DNA of 34,962 nucleotides from Octopus bimaculoides (Eukaryota): NCBI RefSeq assembly GCF_001194135.2, contig NC_068996.1, positions 45,354,968 to 45,389,929 of the forward strand, given 5' to 3'. Below, piece by piece: positions 1 through 11,295 of the stretch; the stretch's first letter is position 1, and the number at the start of each line of letters is the position of its first letter. The notes below the pieces were generated by a model. That model was not told the DNA's origin, searched no databases, and saw only the letters and a program-made list of their open reading frames with translations. The position numbers were made by a program, and so were the translations under genes.

Positions 1-83
1 GTGTGTGTGTGTGTGTGTGTGTGCGTGCGTATATATATATATATATAGATAGATACAGCTCCTTAATTACCGCCGACCTAATT

Positions 84-192
84 AACTCATAAGGCATTGA
101 TCGGCTCGGAGCTGTAGTAAAAGATACATGCCGCAGGTGCCTCACAGAGGGATTGAATTCGAAGTCAGATGGGTGCAAAGCGAGCTTCTCAA
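84..192 (-). mobile_element. SINE family A, degraded tRNA-like head fragment
   Basis: Aligns by eye to the head of the copies at 8273-8432 and 32400-32550 (aaggcattgatcggctcggagctgtagtaaaagatacatgccgcaggtgcc vs aaggctttggtcggcccagaggctagagtaaaagacacttgcccaacgtgcc). Preceded by (GT)n(AT)n. Confidence 0.75.
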
Positions 193-677
193 TTGTAAAT
201 CGTATCTGCATTTATGTTCCTCTCTCTCAATTTCTCTCTCTCTCTCCCTCCCTCTCTCACCCTCTCTTTCTCACATGTATGTATTTTGTATATGTATGCA
301 CACATATACGTATACATACATACACATACATACATATATGCACACATACATACATACATACATACATTTCTGTACGTGAAAAGAAAACTAGGCAGGGTTA
401 TCCTGGACGGTTTCCAAACTCATTTCATTTTCATCAAACATAGAAAGCAATATTGCTAATAGCTACCAACAGTCACCAATTTGCATAATTTGCGCTTTCT
501 TGGTGAGTTATTTAAATTAATTATCTGACAATTTAATTACTTATTCATTTAGCAGCGTTTTACTTTGGAGTATATTTTTACTGCAAGACAAAGTAAAATC
601 ATCTTAGCAACACAATTAGGCAGCGCAGTGTTTTAACATATGCCAAATAACATGAATTTTTCCTTTCTCTCTATATA

Positions 678-722
<45 letters not shown>

Positions 723-1491
723 NNNNNNNNNNNNNNNNNNNNNNNNNNNNNNNNNNNNNNNNNNNNNNNNNNNNNNNNNNNNNNNNNNNNNNNNNNNNNN
801 NNNNNNNNNNNNNNNNNNNNNNNNNNNNNNNNNNNNNNNNNNNNNNNNNNNNNNNNNNNNNNNNNNNNNNNNNNNNNNNNNNNNNNNNNNNNNNNNNNNN
901 NNNNNNNNNNNNNNNNNNNNNNNNNNNNNNNNNNNNNNNNNNNNNNNNNNNNNNNNNNNNNNNNNNNNNNNNNNNNNNNNNNNNNNNNNNNNNNNNNNNN
1001 NNNNNNNNNNNNNNNNNNNNNNNNNNNNNNNNNNNNNNNNNNNNNNNNNNNNNNNNNNNNNNNNNNNNNNNNNNNNNNNNNNNNNNNNNNNNNNNNNNNN
1101 NNNNNNNNNNNNNNNNNNNNNNNNNNNNNNNNNNNNNNNNNNNNNNNNNNNNNNNNNNNNNNNNNNNNNNNNNNNNNNNNNNNNNNNNNNNNNNNNNNNN
1201 NNNNNNNNNNNNNNNNNNNNNNNNNNNNNNNNNNNNNNNNNNNNNNNNNNNNNNNNNNNNNNNNNNNNNNNNNNNNNNNNNNNNNNNNNNNNNNNNNNNN
1301 NNNNNNNNNNNNNNNNNNNNNNNNNNNNNNNNNNNNNNNNNNNNNNNNNNNNNNNNNNNNNNNNNNNNNNNNNNNNNNNNNNNNNNNNNNNNNNNNNNNN
1401 NNNNNNNNNNNNNNNNNNNNNNNNNNNNNNNNNNNNNNNNNNNNNNNNNNNNNNNNNNNNNNNNNNNNNNNNNNNNNNNNNNNNNNNNNNN

Positions 1492-1615
1492 TTGTAAGCC
1501 TAGTACGTATACTATCGGTACCGTTTGCAGAACCGCTAAGTTACGTGGACGTAAACACACCAGCATCGGTTGTCAAGTGATGGTTGGTGGACAAGCACAG
1601 ACACACACACACACA
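1492..1615 (-). mobile_element. SINE family A, 3' half fragment
   Basis: tgtaagcctagtac...gaaccgctaagttacgtggacgtaaacacaccagcatcggttgtcaag is near-identical to 32128-32215 and to the reverse complement of 8555-8650. Confidence 0.85.
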
Positions 1616-1844
1616 GCGGTTTTACCTTCTTTCATATTAGTATATATTATACATAAAAATTGGTTCTCCTTCGGTTACAATGACACTTGTTCCATTTGAT
1701 CCGAACAACGGAACAGCCTGCTTGTCAAATTAATGTGCAAATGGGGGAGCACAGCACGGACGCACATACTTTAAAGAAGCGTAGTTTTCATAGAGATTCA
1801 GCATGACACAGAATTTGACAAGGGTGGGCCGTTGAAATACAAGT

Positions 1845-2067
1845 ATACTCTTATCCCCCGACTATCACGGGTGTTACGTTCCAAAAATCCCTGCGAGAGA
1901 TGAAAATCCGTGAAGCAGAACAAGTATGGTACTGTATTTTTTTAATCATTTTTACAATTTGTATATATTTATTTTATTAGAAATGCAAAACAACAACGCG
2001 AAGGAATCGACGTAAGCTTAAATAATAAACCGCGATAGGTGAACCACAATGTAGTTTGGGATTACTG

Positions 2068-2069
<2 letters not shown>
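1845..2069. mobile_element. pogo/Tigger-like MITE, copy 1
   Basis: Right end ...gggattACTG-TA. Body aligns over ~200 bp with the adjacent copy at 2102-2306. The left TIR is degraded. Confidence 0.7.
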
Positions 2070-2101
<32 letters not shown>

Positions 2102-2306
2102 CAGCGATCTCTCGGCTATCGCATGTGTTACGCTCCAAGACCTCCTGCAATAAGTCAAAATCTGCGAGGTAGAAACAGTACTGTACTGTGTATATCCTTT
2201 TATTATTTTGATCATTTGTATTTATTTTATTATAAATGCAAAACAACACCGCAGAGGAATCAACGTAAGCGTAAATAATAAACAGCGATATGGCAACGGA
2301 TTACTG
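2102..2306. mobile_element. pogo/Tigger-like MITE, copy 2
   Basis: TA-CAGCGATC...TATCGC at the left and GCGATA...GATTACTG-TA at the right form imperfect TIRs with TA flanks. CAGT...ACTG termini are typical of pogo/Tigger. Confidence 0.75.
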
Positions 2307-2312
2307 TACTCT

Positions 2313-2440
2313 TTATTGCTAGCTGAGTGGACTGAAGCAACGTGAAATGAAGTGTGTCGTTGAAGAACATAACGAACTGCCGAGAATCGAACTCGCGACC
2401 TTACGATCGTGAGTCAAATACTCTTAATGAATTAGGCACT
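2313..2440 (-). mobile_element. SINE family B (tRNA-Arg-like head + CORE-like domain), degraded 5' part
   Basis: Reverse complement gives ctcACGatcgtaaggtcgcgagttcgattctcgg...ttcacgttgcttcagtccactcagctag, matching 14661-14790. Confidence 0.75.
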
Positions 2441-2690
2441 TACTATGTATGAATGTGTATGAGTGTTACCATATCTGATGCCCTACAAGACGCCTGAACA
2501 TTTAAGACGTAATTCAGTCTCAGTAATTCCTACTCAGAAGTATTCTAGTACATTGAAGCATAAAATAAAATCCTAAATTTGCATATAGGANNNNNNNNNN
2601 NNNNNNNNNNNNNNNNNNNNNNNNNNNNNNNNNNNNNNNNNNNNNNNNNNNNNNNNNNNNNNNNNNNNNNNNNNNNNNNNNNNNNNNNNN

Positions 2691-2722
2691 GTTAGTAGCC
2701 CGCGCTCTTAACCACTACGCCA
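2691..2722 (-). mobile_element. tRNA-like SINE head fragment truncated by a gap
   Basis: Reverse complement ggcgtagtggttaagagcgcgggctactaac has an A-box-like GGCGTAGTGG and a tRNA D/anticodon-arm pattern. The rest is lost in the N gap. Confidence 0.45.
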
Positions 2723-2729
2723 TATACCC

Positions 2730-2768
2730 CTGAAGAAGGCTGGAGGGTATATCAGCCGAAACATTGTC
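2730..2768 (+). ncRNA. Degraded hammerhead-ribozyme-like motif (Penelope pLTR type)
   Basis: CTGAAGA-A-[GGCTG gagggtatat CAGCC]-GAAAC. Core and a perfect 5-bp stem II are present; stem I cannot form in this copy. Confidence 0.6.
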
Positions 2769-3939
2769 TTAACCACAAACAAGATGAGGACAAATATCCG
2801 TCGAATATAAATAATGTAAATAATGTTAGAATGCAATGTCCTATCATCGTAAGGCAAGACCCTACTAAATTCTTGGCTGATGCCAGTTGATTAAACAACG
2901 TTCGTCCATTGCACGATTCGCTAATTATGCGAATTAGCTAAGGAGTAGAAAAGATTAGATAAACGTCTTTTTCCTATTTTTTTGTTTTGTTTGCGGGGGC
3001 GAGTTCTTGCATTTTCAAGAACGCAGAGGTATTACGTAGAAATTTATTATGTACAAGAAATACTGGTAAAGTTAGTGCCATCATAGTTAGCGTAGTGAGG
3101 AAAATAAAATGGAATTAATAATGTTTAGTTGGTGAAGGGAATAAACCATTAGCCCATGGCTAATGTTAATTTTTATCTGATCTTGGGAATTACGGTCGAC
3201 AAATCAAGAGGACTCTATTGACATTGTTGATCATCGATTTTAGTCTTCTGTTGTTTTTTTTCTTTTTTTCTTGCTGGATGGAAAATAAATTGATGTTCCG
3301 TTTTTCCTTTTTCTTTCTTTTTTAATTTTATTTGCCCCAGTAATACGTGTCCTTTTTAACGTGTGTGTGTGTGTGTTCGTGCGTGTGTATTGAAAAAGTA
3401 ACAGTGACTGTAACTTTTACAATCCCTCCGTAACTGATGACATTAAAGCTGTTTAAGTTGCATTTCAAAAGCTGCGGGTCAACAATTGCAGATAAAACAC
3501 AAGCGGAGAGAATGTCCAAGAGAGCCGATATTTTAGGGGTTGAAGATTGGTTGATTGGCAATCTATCGCTACTGGAAACAAACGAATCTCTGGGTTACAG
3601 ACACGTTGGCTCCTCTATGTCTTTTCTGTTGCTACTATAATGGCCTCTGCATCTAGGAACTGGGTAATCTAGTATTCCCCTTCACTTAGTGACACCTTCC
3701 CCTCATCTATATCATCTCTCTATCTCTCGACCCCTGTGGGCCTCTTTGTTCTCTTCCCTTGCACAAACCACTAAGTCTAATCTAAATAAAAAAGCGAAAG
3801 ACATTTTTTTTTTGCATTTATGTCAACGAATATTTCCATATTTATCGAAGGAAGTCTATAACTAACTATTGGAACCCTCTGCACGTTCAATGCATATCGG
3901 AATATTTCTTTTCTTTCTATTTTTCATCACTGTTGTTGC

Positions 3940-4157
3940 TGCTGTTGCTTCTGCAACTGCTGCTACCACTACTCCTATAACTGTTTTTATTATAAATTGA
4001 AGTATATTTAAAACACTACGTCTATTTTTGGCTAAATACGGAATATATTTTCCACGACAATTGCGATTTTGGCATACAGCTGAGACATTCAAAGATTTTT
4101 TTCTATTGATGGTGGTGACAGTGATAGGTTGTGGTGTAGTGGTAGTAGTGACGATGA

Positions 4158-4201
<44 letters not shown>

Positions 4202-4335
4202 ATGGTGGTGGCGTCGGTGATGGCATCGGGCATGGCTTTGACGGTGGCGTCGGCGATAGCGTTGGCNNNNNNNNNNGGAGGAGGAGGAGGAGGAGGAGGA
4301 GGAGGAAGAAGGAGAAGAGGAGGAGGAGGAGGAGT
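3940..4335. repeat. Compound trinucleotide repeats: (GTA)n, degenerate (GAT/GGT/GGC), (GGA)n
   Basis: Read directly from the sequence; includes a 10-N gap at 4267-4276. Confidence 0.9.
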
Positions 4336-4902
4336 ATATTTTGTGGTCTCGTTCCAACTACGCTCAACCACTCTTGGCCCGACTGTGTCATTACTAGCTC
4401 ATTTTCCCTTACCTATGTGGTTTTCCAAACTTCCCGTCACTTATCGACAACCTAGCAAACCCACACCTTAGTTCTCAGGACGTCAACCTTCTGCAATTCC
4501 GTTCATGTTTCACGTCATTCCAGCTTGCAACAGTTTAAGCGAAACATTAATGACATCGTCCTCACCTATCACTGTAGAACCACGAAGGTCATCAGCACAA
4601 CTTCTTTCCTTTCACATGGCAAGTATAACGGAAAGCGATAAGCATCGATCGATTGAAATTATGATCAAAGGTGTTCCACCTCTGCAATGGCGTCTTTATT
4701 CAGTTGCAAATGTTTCTACGACTGTGTTCGTTTAATGTGTCCTTGTTCGAAATTAGGAAGGGTGTGATTCAAGGAATGCACACTGGGTTTATCTAGGTTA
4801 TCGATCTTGCAGAAATATGAAAACTAACACAGTGACAAAGCGACTGGAGAATAATAATACGAAGAAGAGGGAGAATGAGAAGATGGATGAGAAGATGAAT
4901 GA

Positions 4903-5124
4903 GAAGAAGAAGAAGAAGAAGAAGAAGAAGAAGAAGAAGAAGAAGAAGAAGAAGAAGAAGAATTGGAAGAAGAAGAAGAAGAAGAAGAAGAAGAAGAAGA
5001 AGAAGAAGAAGAAGAAGAAGAAGAAGAAGAAGAAGAAGAAGAAGAAGAAGAAGAAGAAGAAGAAGAAGAAGAAGAAGAAGAAGAAGAAGAAGAAGAAGAA
5101 GAAGAAGAAGAAGAAGAAGAAGAA
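4903..5124 (+). repeat. (GAA)20-TTG-(GAA)53 microsatellite
   Basis: Direct count, consistent with 53 consecutive E in ORF 4963..5169. Confidence 0.95.
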
Positions 5125-5322
5125 CTAAGACGGTATGAAATTTATGAGAAAGAAAACAGAGAGAAATAAATGTAAATAATATAAATGAAAAATCAGGAAG
5201 AAAGAATAGAAACGTGAAAAGAAAGAGAAATGGGAGAGAGAAAGACTATGGAAGATAAAGAGTGAATGAGAGAGATATATGTAGTAGGAAATACTGATAA
5301 GGAGGAACAGCAAGAAGAAAGG

Positions 5323-5472
5323 AAGGAAGAAGAAAAGAGAGATGCGAAAGGGTGTAGGTGAGAAAAGAGAGAGACCGGGAGAATAAGAGAATGAAAGAAG
5401 GAAGAAGGAAAGAGAGATGCGAAAGGAAGTAGGTGAGAAAAGAGAGAGACCGGGAGGATAAGCGAATGAAAG
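5323..5472 (+). repeat. 75-bp purine-rich tandem duplication (2 copies, 5 mismatches)
   Basis: 5323-5397 vs 5398-5472: aaggaagaagaaaagagagatgcgaaag...gagaccgggagaataagagaatgaaag. Confidence 0.9.
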
Positions 5473-5704
5473 TAATAGATTTTTCAATAATAGTATTATT
5501 GAAACAGAAGCCAAGAAATAAAATGGCGTAAGACAATCAAACGACAATAAAATGTATTTATAATATAATAAATATATTGAAATTATAGTTATGTAAACAA
5601 GATAATATTTAAAAATTTAGAGAAGAATACACACACGAAAAACAAATCAGGAAACATTGTGAGATGAAAGCTAAAAATGAAAAGATAACGAATATGTTTT
5701 ATTA

Positions 5705-6790
5705 ATGGAGGCGGTGGTAATTATCGTTTATGGTGAAAGGATTGTGACGGTCCTGCTGATGGTTCTGGTGATGGTTCTGGTGATGGTAGTGATGGTATCG
5801 TTGTTATGTGGTTGTTACGGCTGAGTGAGTGCAGTGGTGGTGGTGATGGCATTGGTGGAGTTGTGGGGGTGGAGTAGTGATAGATTTGGTAATGGTGAAA
5901 ACTGTGGTGAACTGGTTGCTGTGACGGAGTTGTAGTGGTTTTAGGTGATGGTATTGCAATGGCGTTGACGACGGTGTGGACGGTTTCGTTGTTATTATTG
6001 GTGGTGGTAGATGGCAGGTGGTACTACTGACGTTGGGCGTGGCAGCCTATTGGTTATGGGGGTAGTGGTATTAGTCATGGCGTTTGTACTGGTGAGGTAT
6101 CGCTTAAGGCAAGCATTGAGACGGAGTGGTGTTGATGGTGGTGGTGGTGGTGTATTTCATGTTGATGGGTTGTCGGTTATAGTATATAATGCTTATTGTT
6201 CAACCATAGATCAGCCCTTTATCGAGTAATGATCAACGATATCCCAATTGTGGCTACCCTGAGGGATTTTACCCAAAGTTGCATGACATTTGATGGACAT
6301 ATTAACCAATGTGTAATTTTATAAGGTAAATTTGTTTCTATTTCTAGCAAGTCGAACGACAGAATAGAGAACCATCTTTTGTTGTTGATAGTGATGGTTG
6401 TGGTGGAGGTTGTGATAGAGGTGGTAGTGGTGGTGGTTTTAGTGGTGGTGATTGTGGTGGTGGTTTTAGTGGTGGTGATTGTGGTGGTGGTGTTCGTTGT
6501 CGTCGTCATAGTGGTGGTTGTTGTTATGGTGGTGATGGTGGTGGTTGTAGTGATGGTGGTGGTGGTGGTGGTAGTGGTTATAGTGGTAGTGGTATTGGTG
6601 GTGGTAGTTGTTGTAGTGGTGGTGGTGGTAGTCGTGGTGGTGGTCGTGGTCGTCGTCCTGCTGGTGATTGTAGTGGTGTGGTGATGGGAGTAGTATTGTT
6701 AGTGGTGGTTGTGGTATGGGGGTGTCGGGGATGGTGGCGGCAATGATGGTGGGAGTAGTAGCGGCAAGGCTGATGCTTGTGGTGTGGGTG
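5705..6790. repeat. Degenerate (GGT/GTG/GTA)-rich low-complexity tract
   Basis: Read directly. It yields spurious poly-V, poly-T and poly-H ORFs and is purest at 6390-6710. Confidence 0.85.
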
Positions 6791-7311
6791 CGGCAACAGT
6801 TTTGCATAGAAGTGCACAATGAATAATAAGAAAGAAAAACAAAAACAAAAACAAACAAACAAACAAACAAACAAACAAATAAAATGACCGGGAGATGTAA
6901 AATTAAGAAAAGAAACAATAAAAGAAATAATTAATTAAAACTTCGATCAGAAATGGAAAAAGATATTATTGTCTTTAAATTTAAGAATTAACGACAAAAA
7001 TTAACTGAATATGATTGAGCTGTTTTTTTTGTTATTACTTCTTTATATGCAAATATATGCAAATTTTCTATAGAGAAGATAAACGAAGTAAGACGCACAT
7101 GACGTCGTATACAACAGTTTTCACTTATAGAGATTTTCTCTAAGGCTTAAGACTAAATGTCGAGTTCTGTTTGAGACTTATTCGGTGTGATCATCAAATT
7201 TTACAGACAGAACGAACGATTAGATACGTACAAGCATACATGCTTGCATGCATACACACACACACACACACACACGCACATACTAATAACACACCCTATT
7301 GAGCCTCCATA

Positions 7312-7348
<37 letters not shown>

Positions 7349-7358
7349 NNNNNNNNNN

Positions 7359-7396
<38 letters not shown>

Positions 7397-8272
7397 GTGT
7401 GTTTGTGTGTGTGTACTTAGATACGTAGATAAATAGATAGGTCTTGAATGTTTTCCTATTAGTGATTGTCTGTTGGTTGTATGTGTGTCTGTCTGTATGT
7501 CTACATTTATGTCTTGAAGGCGTTCTTTCTGTAACTTATAAGTATTCCTGATCTTGAAATTCTACGGCGGACTGCTTGATTTATGTTTTCTAATCCGCGA
7601 TTTATAATTCATGTGAATAGAAAATATGTTGCAGACATGATCGGCATAGCTATATGACTTTAATCTCAGCTAATCACTTTTCTTACCGATGTCCAGAATT
7701 TATTGGTTATGTGTATCAACTCGGAGTTCTAATCCTATAAGAAGCCATTTACTTTTTGTTTTTCTTAATCCAATTATGGCGACGAATTGGTTTTATGGTA
7801 GCGAATTTGCAGAGTCGTTTGAGCGCCGGATCGATTGCCTCGTAGTATTCCGACTGTTCGCGTTCTGGCTTGGTATTCCCGACATAGGTCAACTTTGATT
7901 TTATCCTTTCGCGATCGATGAAAAAATAAATATCAATCCAATTTAGTGGTTTGATGGAACTATAAGAACTCAGAATGGGATACACTGCAGTATTTGTTCT
8001 GACGCTTTACATACAGAGTTCCAATCCTATCATAGCCTTCCTTCTTATTTTGGTACCACTACCTAGCAACCTACGTACTTTTAGCGGACTTTATTTGCGG
8101 CAAACGTTCGAGTTAGGTCTCTGGTTTGAAGAAAACTTTCTATCTTCTTCTCACCAGTTTAGTAAGTCCCTAGAAAATGGGCACCGGCTTTCGTACAAAC
8201 CTTAATAATTCAACAAATATCAAATATCTTATGCTAAAGAATTAATTCAAATAATTTACAAATACATACACA

Positions 8273-8431
8273 GGCGCAGGTGTGTATCTGTGGTAAGAAG
8301 CTTGCTTCCCAACCGCATGGTTCCGGGTTCAGTCCCACTGCGTGACACTTTGGGCATGTGTCTTATGCTATAGCCACGGGACGACCAAAGTCTTGTGAGT
8401 GGATTTGGCAGACGAAAACTAGAAGCCTGTC

Positions 8432-8516
<85 letters not shown>

Positions 8517-8738
8517 CATACACATTTATGTGTCTTTGTGCGTGTGTTTTACCCCACCATCACTTGACAACCGATGATTGTTTGTTTACGTCCCCGTAAC
8601 TTAGCAGTTCAGCAAAAGAGACCGATAGAATAAGTACCAGACTTACAAAAAATAAGTCCTGTAGTCTTCGGCTAAAAGAACCTTTTAAGGCGGTGTTCCA
8701 GTATGGCCACAGTCAAATGATTAAAACATGTGAAAGAG
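8273..8738 (+). mobile_element. SINE family A, full-length: tRNA-like head, internal (AT)n(GT)n, 3' body
   Basis: Head has a B-box-like GGTTCAGTCCC and ends gaagcctgtcgTATA. The microsatellite (8432-8513) follows, then a body matching 1492-1615 and 32041-32230. Confidence 0.85.
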
Positions 8739-9644
8739 GAAATGCGTATTTTTGTGTTGACCAAATTCCGAGAGGTATCGGTCTATTGTTAAAAAAGGAA
8801 ATGGCTGGTAAAGTTTGGAACGAAATATAGGTTAATGCTACGGGCCTATGGGCTCCTTGGGTATATTAAAAGGACGGAATGGCTGTCGAACCATAATATC
8901 AGTAATTAGTTATATCTCTTTGCAGTATGAGTTCAAAACTCGGAAAGGGTGACTGTCTTTTATCACTAATTCCAATGCCGATTCAATCGACTATGTTCGA
9001 CCACACGAAACCTCTGTCCTCGTAGAAAGGAATGAAATCGACTGCAAAGTGACCTTCCTCATAGCAGCGTTATGTGTATGTGAACTGCATATATCTGATG
9101 AGTGCTTGGTTAGTGTGAAGTATTGATCTTAAATATTTCAATTCTTTATTGAACAATGCAGCGAGAAGCCATTTAAAATCATCTCGCTTTGAACCACTGT
9201 ACGAATACGCGCTTCTGAATGTTGCTGTAACGATCTAAGGAAATTACTAAACATTACTATGGTTGCTTGTCTACATTCTATCTTAATAAAGTATTCTAGG
9301 CAAACTGGTTGCTGTGTACCAGTTTGCTAATATTAGAAGCTTTTACTTCCAAATTAGCGCAAGTATCAATCTCACTCAAAATATTCGTGGTTATTTTCTA
9401 CAAGTATTGATCAACAAGACAGTATCAATTTTTGTTAGATAATGTATATTATGTCTGCCAGATAAAGACTAAGTTGAGATTGAGGAAGTATAGATTACAT
9501 CATACTAATTTGAATGTAATAAACCTTAATGATAAATGAAATTTTCTATTAGTTTTGACTGATCGTATAAAGTGAACAGATGAATAAATAATTGTACCCA
9601 CCAACAAATATGCACACAAATACCAGTGATGCAAACTGTTAGCT

Positions 9645-9802
9645 AAGCTAACGCACATACACACACACGCACATACACACACATGCACATATACACTCAC
9701 GCACATACACACACACGCACATACACATACACACGCACATACACACGCGCGCGTACACGCACATACACACATACATGCACAAACGTGCACACACGCACAC
9801 AT
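9645..9802. repeat. Degenerate (CA)n/(CACATA)n microsatellite
   Basis: Read directly from the sequence. Confidence 0.9.
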
Positions 9803-10137
9803 AACTCACCTTCTCTGTATTCTGCTAGTGTCACTGATTGGACAGCGGCCAAACTAGAATATTGTCTTAATGAGGTCATTTAGTCGATTATATCACGTCC
9901 AGCAACAGATACTTATTTTGTCATCATCTCTAGTTACTGAATGGCTAAGTCTATCATTACCTTAAAATCTACTTGATGAATGGGGCTGGATGAACTTTCA
10001 ACATAGATAAGCGTGATCGATCATGCCAAACCTAGAGGGTGTTGACGACTTTACAAACGCAATATCTTGTCACCTCTAAAAACGATATTGGTCACTTGGC
10101 GTTTAGAATATCGTCAGGGACTCAATAAACTGAATCA

Positions 10138-10192
10138 GGGATCGAGATTGACTGATCCTGATCGGGTGTCAGGATCGGTTGATTCCGATCTC
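10138..10192 (+). other. 24-bp hairpin with 7-nt loop
   Basis: Arms 10138-10161 and 10169-10192 give 18 Watson-Crick pairs, 5 G-U pairs and 1 mismatch when read as + strand RNA. Confidence 0.85.
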
Positions 10193-10202
10193 CGACACTC
10201 GA

Positions 10203-10525
10203 TGGCACTCCGTCGAATGCGACGACGAGTTCTCCAGTTGATCCGATAAAGGGAAAGCCTGCTCGTGAAATTACCGTGCAGGTGCCTGAGCACTCCACAG
10301 ACATGCATACCTTCAGCGCATTTCTCAGGGAGATTCAGTAAGACACAGAGTATGATAAGGATGTCCCCTTTGAATTACAAGTACAACTCATTTTTGTCAG
10401 CTAAGTGGACAGGAGCAATGTCAAATAAAATGCCTTGCTCAAGGACACAACTCATCGCCGGGAATCGAACTCACGGCCTTATGATCATGAGCCAATTACC
10501 CTAACCACTAAGCCACGCGCCTTCA
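10203..10525 (-). mobile_element. SINE family B, full-length
   Basis: Reverse complement matches 14661-14970 end to end (tgaaggcgcgtggcttagtggttaggg...gtcgtcgcattcgacggagtgcca). Confidence 0.9.
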
Positions 10526-10629
10526 CCCGACACCCAATACCCTTTGTGAATTGACATGGATTACTGGCGGGAAGAAGAAACAATATTCTCGGAGAAATCC
10601 TGGGCGTCGTCGAAAACGAAATGGACAGT

Positions 10630-11295
10630 CTGTTCAGAAGATCTCGTGCTCGTACTCTTGGTGTTGTTCTGTAACTGTCGCAAGTTAGCGGCTCTTCCCT
10701 ATCAAGAGGACTACATCATTCATTAATCTACACATTTTATAGTCTTTGTATACTTTTTACCTCATCCCGTCCTTATCGTCTTTACGTAAGCCCTCACATA
10801 AACTGTAGACTGTCCTTCCAATGTACTTCACTTCAGACAATTCTTTTCAAGTTCTTTGTAATTTGTTCCTACATCCTCAGGTATAGTAATATCTTTGATT
10901 CTGGTTTCGTTCATCATTTTATCGACTACAACAATGCCTGGTCTCCGAGCGTCAATAGCTGAATCACACTGGATTGTAAAATTCTACAATATCCTATATC
11001 CATTATTCTCGGTGACGCTTTCTGACTTATGTTTGTACCTTTTCAATGTCGTTTTACAACCATACTTCTCTCACAATCTCTGTGCTATCATGTCTCATTT
11101 TGCATTCCTTTTAGGCCAGTTTACTACACTCACTCACTCACAATATGTGAGAGTGTTTCATTTTTGGTGCCACACATCCTACAAACGAGCAATTCAATAC
11201 CCTTATCTATTTGGAATTTGGTGTAGTTAGCTCTCAGAACTTGTTCTTGAGTACTGCATATCAATGCTTCAGTGCATCCTTTCATAAATTACATA
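10630..11295 (-). pseudogene. RLE-type (R4/Dong-like) LINE C-terminal fragment, heavily decayed
   Basis: Manual translation: TEALICSTQEQVLRANY...CRMCGTKNETLSHIVSEC (CCHC finger)...ENNGYRIL*NFTIQCDSAIDARRPGIVVVD...IKDITIPED, with stops and frameshifts. The 3' limit is approximate. Confidence 0.8.

Noticed and set aside
4505-4735. 76-aa ORF in non-repetitive sequence
   Set aside because: No recognisable motif or convincing exon boundaries, and the length is within chance expectation.
3862-6918. Poly-E/K/R, poly-V/T/H and poly-G/P ORFs
   Set aside because: These are translations of (GAA)n, (GGT)n, (GTA)n and (GGA)n with no domain content or splice support.
7047-7064. Two adjacent octamer motifs ATGCAAAT
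   Set aside because: Explained by a 10-bp local duplication. The motif also occurs at ~13660 and inside the dead PLE ORF, as expected in AT-rich DNA.
7740-8200. CpG-richer stretch with weak minus-strand likeness to an APE endonuclease start (DRIGTLYVK)
   Set aside because: No further APE motifs could be placed in consistent frames. BLASTX is needed before any call.
9096-9128. CTGATGAG followed by a possible stem
   Set aside because: There is no GAAA after the stem and no stem I or III, so it is not a hammerhead.
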